A stretch of DNA of 45,677 nucleotides from Nemertoderma westbladi (lineage: Eukaryota > Animalia > Xenacoelomorpha), in assembly GCA_032718475.1 (NCBI GenBank), contig JAUCBJ010007693.1, positions 1 through 45,677 of the forward strand, read 5' to 3'. Below are positions 1 through 11,970 of this stretch, one piece after another. Under the pieces are notes generated by a model. That model saw nothing but the letters and a program-made list of their open reading frames with translations. It did no database searches and was not told the DNA's origin. Position 1 is the stretch's first letter. Each line of letters opens with the position of its first letter. Made by a program: the position numbers and the translations under genes.

Positions 1-2405
1 GTAATCAATCGAATAATACAGTAGGCTTGACCGCAAATAAATTTAAGCCCACGAATCCAGTCTCCCGGTGTTATAAACGGGTCATTTGGACGCGCATGGA
101 CTGGCTTCGGCTAATGTTTTTAGTTTGTTTTTGTATTAAATCTTATCATCTTACAAAAGGCAGATTATCAATAAAGACATATAAATTTCGGCAGGTTAAA
201 CTGCTGAAGGTCTATAAAAGCGCGTACAAAGCCAGTCAAAAAACTATCCCGCAAGCTAAACACAAATATTCAAGAACAGGAACTAAGGAACCACGATATC
301 ATATCCAACCTTCTCTCTGACAGGCTAGACGCAGCAACTGACGACATTCAACATGTTATTTCAACTTCCTCGAAAAAACCACCAAAAACCACTTCCCAAC
401 ACCACCATAAAGCTTGGTTTGATGAGGAATGCAGGATAAAGAAACAACAAGTTATGACACTCCTACAAAATGGTAACAACTCCAATTATTATGGGCTACT
501 CGAACCGAATACAAACAACTTCTGAATTCCAAAAAGACAAATTTTGATGAAAACACTCTTATAGAAACTTTAAAACAAACCGAGATAACCCCATGGACAC
601 TATGGAGAACAAAGACTGACTTTCCTACAGCCCCCATCGAGCTAGACAAATTAGAGGACCATTTCCATTCTCTAATTGGCGAACCAAATCATACAAACAT
701 ACAACCTCCAAACCAAGCTACTATCGACAGTACAAAAGATTCCCCAGAGTGGTTCAATGAACCATTTCAAGACACTGATGTAACAGACGCAATCAACAAA
801 ACAAAGAGTGGTAAAGCATCCGGCTGTGATGGAATATATTATGAACATTTGAAACTTTCACTCCCACTATTAGTCACAGTTATTACACTTCTCTACAACA
901 CGTGTTTAAATCTTGGTGAAATTCCACGTGTCTGGAAAACTAGCATTTTGAAAATTCTATACAAAGGGAAGGGCGAATTAACAGATCCTGGAAACTACCG
1001 TGGTATTGCGCTAATTTGTGTACTGTTGAAGGTACTAACGTCGATAATAAACTCAAGGGTATTAAAGAAAATAATGGATCAGCTACCTCTAGAACAATAC
1101 GGATTTATCCCCGGTCGATCTACTACTCAAGCAATCAGAAAACTCATTGATTTTATTCACTCCAATCTACACAGTCATGAATCGAAACCGGTTTATGCAC
1201 TATTTATAGACTTCCTTAAAGCTTTTGACCTGATTGATAGAAACATTTTACTCCATAAGATTTTCTTCAAATTTAATATAAAGGAAAACTTTTTGCGTTA
1301 ATTCAGTCAATATTCGGAAACACTGTCAAAGTATTCGATGGCATTAGTTTTTCAGCACCTATTTCGCAACTTCCGGGTATACTACAGGGGGATTGTTTCT
1401 CGCCAACCGCATTCTTAATGTTCATTACTGATCTAGCAGCTGCTCTAAGGCAAATCGCCTCTACATTATATTTTATATTCTTTGCTGATGACTTAGTTAT
1501 TTATTCAACCGAAAAACAACACATACAATATGCTTTACTTCTACTAGACGAATGGTGCCAACACAATAATATGGATTTAAACCTAATTAAAACTAAAATT
1601 ATAAAATTCCGACGAGGAGGGAGATCAGCCAATACAGATATATGTCGAAAATGTCAAAATCACCAACAACTACAACTACCTGGGAATAACACTACAACCA
1701 ACCCTCTGCTTCTCTCAACACATTGAAAACAAGAAACAAAACGCCTACACAATAATTGGATGTCTACGGAATCTTAATTTGGTCTCTATTGAAACTGGTA
1801 TTAAAATTTTCAACATTAAAATATATCCCGCCATAACCTATGCCTTCTCTGAAATCGCTAGCCATCTTAAACCCTCAAACCTTATCGAATTGGACAAAAT
1901 CAAATCGACCTTCCTTAAACGTTTACTTTCACTGCCAACTAATTCATGGTCAACTCTCGTTCACAAATTAACCATCTGCAAAACATTTACAGAAGACATT
2001 GCCGAAAAACACCCAACCTACTTCAACCCAACAGTCCTAGAACAATACCGTCAAATACGAGCTGATAAAGAACTGAAATTTTACGAGCAATACTACAATC
2101 TAGGACCCGCATTCGCCTCTAACTACTGGAAAAGAGCCAATCAAACAAACCGAAACATCGCCACCAGACTAACGGCGCACGGATTTCATCACAAACTCTG
2201 CCAGACTCATACACCATTTCACCCACTGTCACCCGATTGTGTCTGCATGTACTGTAAAGGTAGCTCAGAATACAGGAATCATATCTTGAACTGCCCAAAT
2301 GCCCCACCATTAACTAGTATTTTATAAACTTTTTACTAAATAATTATTTATTGTTGCTTTTACTGATAGTGTTAACTGAGAAACATAAAGATGTTTATTA
2401 ATAAA
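1..2405 (+). mobile_element. Decayed APE-type non-LTR retrotransposon (LINE) ORF2: RT domain plus C-terminal Cys/His motif; 5' part lies outside the window
   Basis: Linker motif AWFDEECR (~411-436) and KASGCDGI (~812). RT motifs GNYRGIAL, QYGFIPGRST, FIDFLKAFD, QGDCFSP and FADDL are spread over ORFs 849-1301 and 1418-1726. ORF 1779-2327 ends in CxCxxC...HxxxC. Stops and frameshifts between pieces; AATAAA near 2401. Clade not determined. Confidence 0.9.
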
Positions 2406-3107
2406 TTTGGATTGCCCCGACTGGGGGCGCACTTTTTGAAAAAAAAATTCCGTTAGCGTTTATCTGTAGAGACTTCGAGGAGCCTCTAAGTTTAAGGTGA
2501 TTCTCCATCTCCAATTTCACCCCCCCCCCCCCCCCACACAACAATATGTATGTAAGCCTCATGTCTTTTTGTTCATTCTGTGAGTTTTTGATAACCATTC
2601 CAATTTCATCAAGTCTTTAAAAATAGCACTCCCCGCCACTTGCTTCAGGGCACATATCATAGTTACACCTTATTCAATTGTTTCTAGCCCAAAATTTTTT
2701 TAGCGCACCCTCTACTGCTGTTCTCTCAGGCTATCAGTACCGGTATTAGTATATAGAGCACTATTTTGCAGTAGGCCCTATTGCTGTATTGTATGTACAG
2801 ATGTAGGTATAAAGCAGGTATTTTATGTATTTTAGTACCGGTACCGGCACCGGTACTGCTGTAGGCCTACTGTGTAGCGTACCATTTAAATACGGTACTG
2901 GTAGGCCTACCTGCTGACCGGTTGTGCTAATGGTAATTACATTGTATTGATTTAATTTGACAGGTGAAGAAATTGTATTAATTTTATTTGAAATATAATT
3001 TAATTGAATTTATGTAATTTGAAATGTAAATCAATGACGCTGTCTCTTTAAGCTGTCCCATTCCCTCAAATGTTCATGACATAGTTTATTGTTATGTTCA
3101 TGACATA

Positions 3108-3380
3108 GTTTATTGTTTTGGTTAGAAAATCCCGCCTCTGTAACCTGCTCCTTTCCTTCATTTGGTAAAGTGATTGTTTATTGTTTTGGTTAGAAAATCC
3201 CGCCTCTGTAACGCTCCTTTCCCTGATTTGGTAAAGTGACCGTTTATTGTTTTGGTTAGAAAGGCCAGCCTCTGTAACCTGCTCCTTTTCCTTCATTTGG
3301 TAAAGTGACTGTTTATTGTTTTGGTTAGAAAATCCGGTCTCTCTAAGCTGCTCCTTTCCAACAATTGGTAATTGTTTTTG
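3108..3380. repeat. Tandem repeat, ~68-bp unit, ~4 copies
   Basis: GTTTATTGTTTTGGTTAGAAAATCCCGCCTCTGTAAC... recurs at 3108, 3176, 3242 and 3311. Confidence 0.9.
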
Positions 3381-4364
3381 GCTATAAAATGAGTGTTTTG
3401 CTACGTCATGTGGTAATCAATTATCGACAACAACCACAAACTATTACATTTAGAGTCTTTTACCACAGGCGCATATGGAAATCTATCCTATAGTCGATAA
3501 ATCATGGAATTTTGAATGTTTTGGCACAGGCATAGTGAAACCAATTGTCCGACAGACCAGAAATCAACAAATTTTGAATGTTTTGGCATAGGCATGTTGA
3601 AATCAACTGTCTGACAGTCCAGAAATCAGCAGTCTGACAGTTTGAAGAAATACATGCATAAAAAGTCATTAAAAGTCATTAAAGGGACAACAAAAGTCAT
3701 TGTGCACAATTCGTAAAAAAAGGAGGACAAAAAAAGTCAAATAAAAGGACATAAAAAATCACTGCCTTAGCACTACTCATGAGGCCTTATAGGCTGAAAC
3801 GTACATATAGCGCTAGTTCAACCCCTGGTGATGCACTTTCTCATTTTTTCCATTTCTGAACAAAACCAGAATATTACATCTTTGATTAATCTAAAATTAA
3901 TCTAAAATCTAAAAGTAATCTAATCGTTTTTAATCTAAAATATTACATTTATTAATATCACCTGGCAGCAATACTCGATCTGAATATTTATTTATTTGTA
4001 CTTTCCTCCTGTTTAACTCTAACATACTTGAGGCCAGTAGGTCCGCTGTTAGGGATATGATAAGCAATGAATACTGCCTGTTCAATAGAAGTGGAATAGG
4101 TGGGAGAGTGAATGTACACGATTCCCTCTAATTGCCATGCATGGCCCTCCCATTGGGCTGCTGCCCCTGCTGTGTTCTGTCCCCTTGGCCTATGTTAGGC
4201 CCTGCCATTGAGATGGTTTAGTAAACCATCTCATGGCTATTGTTACTTAACTGGTTCCCAGGTATGCAATATTGCTTGCATATCCTTCTGATTGCTAAAT
4301 CAGTTCACCTTCCCATTCTGCTGGTAGGTGGCTTGTGTTACACAGAATGGATCCACTCACACAA

Positions 4365-4875
4365 AAGGATTAAAAACAACCAAATGGGATCAGTTTTCAC
4401 TATCAGACAATTTGCCCTCTAGAAGCAGACTGGGGAACTCTATACGACTCTGCAACTCCGTAAAGATATAGCCTATATTCTGTAGTAGATGCCAACTAAG
4501 TTTCAGTCTAAACTGATTGTAAATAACAAAGTTGGAGAAGATGCTAATTTTCAGACATTTCGCCCTCTAGTAGTAGACTGGGGAAGTTAGACAACTCTTG
4601 GACTCCGTAAAGATACAATCTATGCTGTAGTAGATACCTACCAAGTTTCAGCTCAAAATGATTAAAAACAACCAAATTAGATCATGTTTTCACTATCAGA
4701 CAATTCGCCCTCTAGCGGCAGATGGGGGAACTTCAGACAGCTCTGAATATTACGCTGCATGAAACGAGTTTGGGTGAGACCTTTCTAACGAGCTATAGTA
4801 AGCGAGATTTCATAGAGATGACAAACAGACACACACACAGACAGACAGACAATTGAATTATATATATATATTAGA
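4365..4875 (-). mobile_element. Non-autonomous Helitron-like element (5' part) with ~147-bp internal repeats
   Basis: The minus strand starts A^TCTAATATATATA at 4875, followed by a (TCTG/TG)n microsatellite (4824-4850) and three ~147-bp monomers (CAGACAATTTGCCCTCTAG at ~4403, 4552, 4697). No 3' end was identified. Confidence 0.55.
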
Positions 4876-5228
4876 TTGTAAATTGGATACAATAAATAGT
4901 ATTACATTAAGTTATTAGGTTATTAATACTTTACTGTATATTATTGTAATTGCATTTTTTATGAGTTATACTGCTACATAAGTATATCTTTATCATTGAG
5001 TTGATGTATTGTGATGCTCTTGGTAAAGGTATACATAGAGTACTTCATTTATATTAGTATTAGGTTAGCATTCCCAATGGGAATATCTCGGACATGAGAT
5101 ATTCCATTTGATATTTCGGAAATCAACAGCAATGAAAAGTGATGATTCCAATAACTGACCAATAACAGTGCTGAACAGATTCACCATTATCCCCTTGTAT
5201 TCTGTGTTGCAGTCCCGGGCCTCAAAGT

Positions 5229-5323
5229 CCCAAAAGGTCCCGGACAATTCGGTCCCGAACAATTCGGTCCCAAAACACAAAATAAATGGGATCGAATTGT
5301 CCGGGAACGAATTATCCGGTTCC
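5229..5323. mobile_element. Small palindromic MITE-like element built from 15-bp GGACAATTCGGTCCC subrepeats
   Basis: Direct copies on the left, inverted copies (GGGAxCGAATTGTCC) on the right; ends CCGGTTCC. Confidence 0.65.
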
Positions 5324-5347
5324 TGATAGAAACACATATATAATATA

Positions 5348-7270
5348 CACGAAGTGGGGCCTTCGCGCAGCACGTGACTTAAATTTAATTTAAGTACTAA
5401 TTCGAAAGTATTACTGTATTAGCAAATTTTAAGCAGATTTCGCCTAATCACTTTTTACCTCTTTCATTTCTATTCAGACATTTCTGACTCTAGCGGTATA
5501 GTGAGAACTGAAGATGGATTAGGGTCTCCAGCCCCACAAAGACACAGCCTATGGATGAATAGTACATACGTACATCGGCCAAGTTTCATCTTGAATAACG
5601 GATAACGAAATGGGAGACGGATCTCACTTTCAGAAATTTCGTCGTATAGCGGCAGACCGATTAAATCTCCCCCCCCCCCCCCACAAAGACGCAGCATGTG
5701 GTCCAGAATATATGGCAAGATTCAGCTTAAACTGATTAAAATCAATGAGACGGGAGAATCTATTCACTTTCAGGCATAAAGTAGTCCTATAGCGGATGAC
5801 TGTTGAACTGATTTTCAACAAAACAAATTTTCAACTTGGCAGCTTTAAATTCGACAAAGTTATAAGCATGTCAATATCATAACGACGACAACGATTTCAC
5901 TTTCAGACATTTGGCCCTCTAGCGGCAGACTGGAGAACTGCAGATGGATTCGCCTCCTTTGAAAGTCACAGCTAATGGTCTAATACATATCTGCCAAGTT
6001 TCAGCTTAAACGGATTAAAAGCAAAGAAATGGGAGGGCATTTAATGTTTAGACATGTGGCCCTCTAGCGGGAGACCATTGCACTGATGGTGTCTGAAAGT
6101 CTCTCAAAAATCTCAACTTTAGCTCATATTGATACCTACAAATTTTCAACTTGGCAGCTTTAAATCCGACAAAGTTATTAGCATGTCAAAATCGTAACGA
6201 CGACAACGATTTCACTTTCAGACCTTTGGCCCTCTAGCGGCAGACTGGAGAACTGCAGATGGATTCGCCTCCTTTGAAAGTCACAGCTAATGGTCTAATA
6301 CATATCTGCCAAGTTTCAGCTTAAACGGATTAAAAGCAAAGAAATGGGAGGGCATTTAATGTTTAGACATGTGACCCTCTAGCGGGAGACCATTGCACTG
6401 ATGGTGTCTGAAAGTCTCTCAAAAATCTCAACTTTAGCTCATATTGATACCTACAAATTTTCAACTTGGCAGCTTTAAATCCGACAAAGTTATTAGCATG
6501 TCAAAATCGTAACGACGACAACGATTTCACTTTCAGACCTTTGGCCCTCTAGCGGCAGACTGGAGAACTGCAGATGGATTCGCCTCCTTTGAAAGTCACA
6601 GCTAATGGTCTAATACATATCTGCCAAGTTTCAGCTTAAACGGATTAAAAGCAAAGAAATGGGAGGGCATTTAATGTTTAGACATGTGGCCCTCTAGCGG
6701 GAGACCATTGCACTGATGGTGTCTGAAAGTCTCTCAAAAATCTCAACTTTAGCTCATATTGATACCTACAAATTTTCAACTTGGCAGCTTTAAATCCGAC
6801 AAAGTTATTAGCATGTCAAAATCGTAACGACGACAACGATTTCACTTTCAGACCTTTGGCCCTCTAGCGGCAGACTGGAGAACTGCAGATGGATTCGCCT
6901 CCTTTGATAGTCGCAGCTAATGGTCTAATACATATCTGCCAAGTTTCAGCTTAAACGGATTAAAAGCAAAGAAATGGGAGGGCATTTAATGTTTAGACAT
7001 GTGGCCCTCTAGCGGGAGACCATTGCACTGATGGTGTCTGAAAGTCTCTCAAAAATCTCAACTTTTGCTCATATTGATACCTACAAATTTTCAACTTGGC
7101 AGCTTTAAATCCGACAAAGTTATTAGCATGTCAAAATCGTAACGACGACGACGACGACGACGACAACGACGACGACGACAACGACGACGACGACAACTAT
7201 TTGCATAAATTGACCCACCCCCTAACAGTGTCAATTCGCTAAGGCTCCGCCAACTTCGTGGCTCGCCCCA
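5348..7270 (-). mobile_element. Helentron/HINE (DINE-1-like) non-autonomous element with a central tandem array
   Basis: Imperfect inverted repeat between 5348-5367 (CACGAAGTGGGGCCTTCGCG) and 7237-7260. Small hairpins at 7208-7236 and 7249-7262. (ACG)n microsatellite at 7141-7196 and internal tandem repeats. Confidence 0.6.
5891..7150. repeat. Near-perfect tandem array, 315-bp unit x4; each unit is a dimer of diverged ~150-165-bp monomers
   Basis: ACGATTTCACTTTCAGAC at 5891, 6206, 6521 and 6836; CCCTCTAGCGG occurs twice per unit. Confidence 0.95.
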
Positions 7271-8279
7271 CATAATATAATACGTTCCCCGTAATACGCA
7301 GTAATATATAATGTATAGTAGGGCAAGATTGTGTGTTGCAGCTCGGCTATTCTAATTAATTAATAGTAGTTTAACAAGGGAGATTGCTGTTTCACTGCAT
7401 TCAGTGAAACAGGGGGTTTCAAATTATTTCACTGTATTCAGTCAAAAAAGGTGGGAATTTCCCATACAAAATATATTACGTTATTTCATTTTAGTACAGT
7501 ATTATTATATAACTTATACAAAAATACAGAAGGACGGGTAAAGATCAATAATACAATTAATAATACTCTAGTGTATTATTGCGGTACTTGTACGGTGGTT
7601 ATGTTACTGTAGTAAAGTTACTGCGGTAACGGTACAGTGGTTACATACTGCCCAAGCCTACATTAGTCAGTTAGTACTACAGTAGATGTAGGCCTACAGT
7701 TGTGTAGTAATGCAACATGCACTATTTTAACGGTAGTAACATAATATCCTAATAAGTTCTACTTAAATTAAAATAATTCAACAAAGAATGTTAATAACCA
7801 GCCTGCCAGTCCAGCAGTCGTATTTAACCTATTTCTGTTTCAGTCCAACAAATTAGAATTAAACGCAATAGGCTGGTACTTTATGCCCTTCTATATACAG
7901 ACTGCAGAATGCAGACCGTAAATTGAGCCATGGCCTAATACTGAGCGAAACAATTACCACTGTTGAAATGAAACACAGTCAATTACTTAATCCTAATTTC
8001 CTAAAATTCATAATTTCCTAAAATTCCTAATAATCCGAATTTTAATATTATTCAAAAGATAATAACCCATGGCGTGGCGATATACATACAGTATGAAAAG
8101 GAAATCACACGCCAGTAGGAAATAAATAGATCTCTGCTGCAAAAATATTATCCTGCAAAAAATTTGCGCAGCAATATAACGATATAACATTCTATATAGT
8201 TGTTAATAATATAATACATATATAAAATATATATACTTATTACTTATACATAATATACTAATATAGCTCAATTTAATTT

Positions 8280-8620
8280 AATTCGGTCCTGATCAATTTG
8301 GTTCGGACAATTCGGTCCCATTATTATGTTCCGGGACCGAATTGTCCTTGTCAGTATCCGGACAATTCGGTCCCAAAACAATAAATTAATGAGACTGAAT
8401 TGTCCAGGACCATATTGTCCGGGACCGAATTATCCGATTGTAGGGCCTTCGCCCCTTGCTCCTTTATCGCCCCTGGCCCTTATCGCCCCCTGGGAACTTA
8501 TCGCACCTCAAATTGTCCTTTATCACTCCTGGGGAACATATTGCCCCCGGGTCTTTATCGTCCCGGGTCTTTATAGCCCCCGGGTCTTTATCACCCCTGG
8601 TAACTTATCGCCACTGTGAC
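8280..8620. repeat. Cluster of MITE-like 15-bp subrepeats (GGACAATTCGGTCCC in both orientations), followed by a CTTTATCGCCCC(C/T)GG-type array
   Basis: Same motif as 5229-5323 at 8280-8437; a degenerate second array at ~8445-8615. Confidence 0.75.
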
Positions 8621-9750
8621 AAATATTAATTTTGAATGCGAGAATCGTTTAGGCTTAGCAAGCTAGGGAATGCCTGTATGCCGTCAAGGGTGATCTTCCA
8701 CATTAAACTATTCCACTCTGTTTCCTAAAGGAATGCTTGTTCTCCACAATGGGTGATCTTCCACAATAACAATATACAATGTATTTTATATTTCTATAAC
8801 AATCAAGAATTTACTTTATAAGAGACAAACAAAAAGGATTTTACATCCTACAAAAGAAAAACCTAAAATATCAGTGTTCTGAACCGTTTTCCAGTTCTTT
8901 ACTGCACTCTGTTGCTTAAAAAAAACACGGCTTATTTTGCGCCTCAGAATTACAAACGAACCTGTAAATTTGAAATAATACATGTAATAGGTGCAGGATA
9001 TTTTATGTACAAAAAAATACATTAATATTTTTTTGGCAACATAAAATTATCGCAGGAATAAAAAAAGCCGACCTAAAGACACTAAAATGGTTACTTACTA
9101 TATTGTAATCATTTTCAAAGAAATTAATTTTATATAAGTTGATAGCGAAAATAGGTGTGGCTTTGGTGTGTAGCAGTAAGGCGTTTTTGCAAATAACCAT
9201 AGTTATGTGTTTCGTGATTGTAAATGTTATTTGTAATGTTATTCAGATATATTTATTTGTATTTTTTTTGAGTATCCTATTTTTATTGGTCCACCCCTGC
9301 AAAATTTCACAATTGACGTACAATTATTATTATTACTCAGGTTTACTTCCAGTCTGTTATCGATCGCCAATAATGGTGCTGTTGCATCTAGTCCGGCTAT
9401 ATAACAACCACTGAATCTCCATAGAATAAGTCATTGGAGAAAATGGAGGATGATGATTTCACCAGAGTGAATCTCAGGTCTTATAATGTAATCAACATAT
9501 TATAATCAACAATATCAAAGAAAAAATTAAAAAGAGTAATTGTCTTAGACTGTCCTGTCTCCTTGGAGTCGTAGTTGCTATTTTCTAAAATGTCAGATAT
9601 TTCGTAGTAAGAATCACTTTGACAATTCAAACTTTGATAATTTTCCTTCGATATTAAAGTACATCCACAGTTTAAATAGCAATTTATACCTTGGTTCAGT
9701 GACAAAGGCCTGACGAAAATCGAAAATTATATGCAGCATACAGTAGCTAT

Positions 9751-11970
9751 TTAGCAAGTCGTTAGACTTGATTACTGTCAGAAAAAAAAGCTACTGACTA
9801 CTGGCTACTGACCTAGAGCAAAACGGCTCTAACGATTTTGATGAAATTTTGCATGAACCATGAAAATAGATTTATATGGGTACTTGTGAAATCGTGGTTT
9901 AAATTGAAACATCTCAACTTGTTTTATTTCGAAAACTAACCCCATAACACGAAAATTGTCATAGGCGCAATAAACACCAGCTGGCACCCATGAAAAATGT
10001 ATAGAGATGGCCTGGTAATGCATTCAATAGGAAGGGCCAACTAACAAAAAAGCATTTCTGTGCCAAGTATTATCACTCTACTCTACAACCCAGACAGTAA
10101 GCAAACATTAACTGGTTTAGCTGGCTATTACAGTCTCAGCTGAATAACTCTTCCCAATGCATCCTATGGGATCTCCGGAAAATCTACAAGGTTATACTGA
10201 CTCTGCTATGTTAATTAATTGGCGTACAAGCTAAATTACTGTTAGTTACACAGTGTGTTGGATACTATTAGATTGTACTGTGCTCTCATCTAATAATAAT
10301 TGTTTTATTTTGAAATCTTTGTGCCAACATTAATACTGTGGAGGCTGATTGTTTTGAATTCATGACAACTGCTGTTATTATTATTAATCATTTGACACCT
10401 CGACTCCTCTCTGACTACTCTATCCGATAGCTCTATCATTTCGCTCACTGCTCTCTATCCTCTATAATCACAACAGCTTTTATAATTCATTAGATGATTA
10501 CAACATAATAATTATAGTTTGAAGTTGTCTAGAAAATTTTTCGTACACCACAGGGACTACCCTCACACTAATTTATTATCAGACAGACTACTACTACTAG
10601 GATCGGCATGCTGCATTTTTAGGAATGCTGTGCCGGCTTGTCAACAAAATTGCACCGCCACAACTCCCTATCACCCATGACATTTGCTAGATCATCCGCA
10701 TCTTTAAGGCCAGTGTCCTTTAAGATGCGTCTCAAGAAAGTCATGGGCTGTCCACCATGCTTATTCATATTCACTGCGCATATTCGCTGCCAAAGTACAA
10801 GATTATGCACTGGCTGGTCCTCACGGCGAAAGCAATGTCCTGCAAAGCGGAGGCGATTTTGTTCTGGTGTCAAGCTTGGGGGAACCAATGAGACACCTCC
10901 AATGTTATATAGTGTCTGGTTGGAGATGTGTGCATTGTACTTGACACAATGAACCCGGCGTAGCATTCTTGTGAATGTGCCATCCAGAGATTTGGTGTCC
11001 TCAGCAGTTAGAGCCCAGCATGGACTCCAGTAGAGGAGTACTGGAACTACTGCTGCTCAAAATAATCGGACCTTAAGTCTCCGATTAATTCTCGGTGACT
11101 TCCAAATCCTGGAAAGCCTATTCAAGGCTGCCCATGCCTTTCCCTTACGTATTCGAAGGTCCTCACCTGACTTCCGGATCCATGATCCCAGGTAACAGAA
11201 GTCGTCCACATGCTCAAGCATACCATCCTTTGAGCTTATGCTCATCCAATCAGAGACTTGCTGAGGACTTTCAAAGTTAACTGTCAGAATTTTGGTCTTT
11301 CTGGAGTTAATAAAAAGACCAACACTAGAAGCAGCATGTTCTAATGAGTTGAGGAGCCGTTGGGCTCCCTCTAATGATTCTGAGAGTACTCCTAAGTCAT
11401 CAGCAAAGTCTAGATCAGTTAGGTACTTGGCAGGATTTCCTCGACTTCTGGAGCCAGTAGGTGGAGTTATCATCACCCCATCATCATTATGATGATCTAA
11501 GGACATGCGTAGAACATAGTCAACCACAATAATTAACAAGAATGGTGCAAGTGTGTCTCCTTGGAGGACGCCATATAACACTTCAAATGGTTCTGTGTCA
11601 CCGTCAACAGTAGACACAAATGTTGTCGAACCATCGTATACTGATCTGATTGCTGCAATGATTTCATCAGGAATCCCATATAATGAAAGTATGCTGAACA
11701 TACGTGAGCGAGAGACTGAATCAAAGGCCTTGAAGAAGTCAACAAAGATAACAGCCAGATGCCTGTCTTTCTTTTTTGATAATTCTTCAATTATCCTTCT
11801 AAGTGCCAAAATGGGCTCCATGGTCCCACGACCTTTACGGAACCCATTCTGATTTCCACGGAGCAGTCTCTCAATTAAGTCATGTTCGGATCGAATGTTC
11901 TTATCAGACAGAACAAATAGCTTTTACTTGACTCGTACTAACTTCTACGACTTGCTTCACGGGCCGCTAG
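9751..11970 (+). mobile_element. Helitron2/Helentron-type non-autonomous element, subfamily B, interrupted by an RTE LINE
   Basis: 5' TTAGCAAGTCGTTAGACTTG hairpin, (CTACTG/GG) microsatellite, 3' inverted repeat ACGACTTGCT, then CGGGCCGCTAG. Colinear with 22420-23556. Confidence 0.85.
10588..11900 (-). mobile_element. RTE-clade LINE, 5'-truncated (copy 1), with 12-bp target-site duplication
   Basis: Motifs FVDFFKAFDS, GVLQGDTLAPFL, LTDLDFADD, YLGS and RLRFAGHCFR. (TAG)n tail at 10588-10600. TSD TTATCAGACAGA at 10576-10587 and 11901-11912, with the empty site visible near 23475. Premature TGA at 11057-11059 (AGA in copy 3). Confidence 0.95.
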
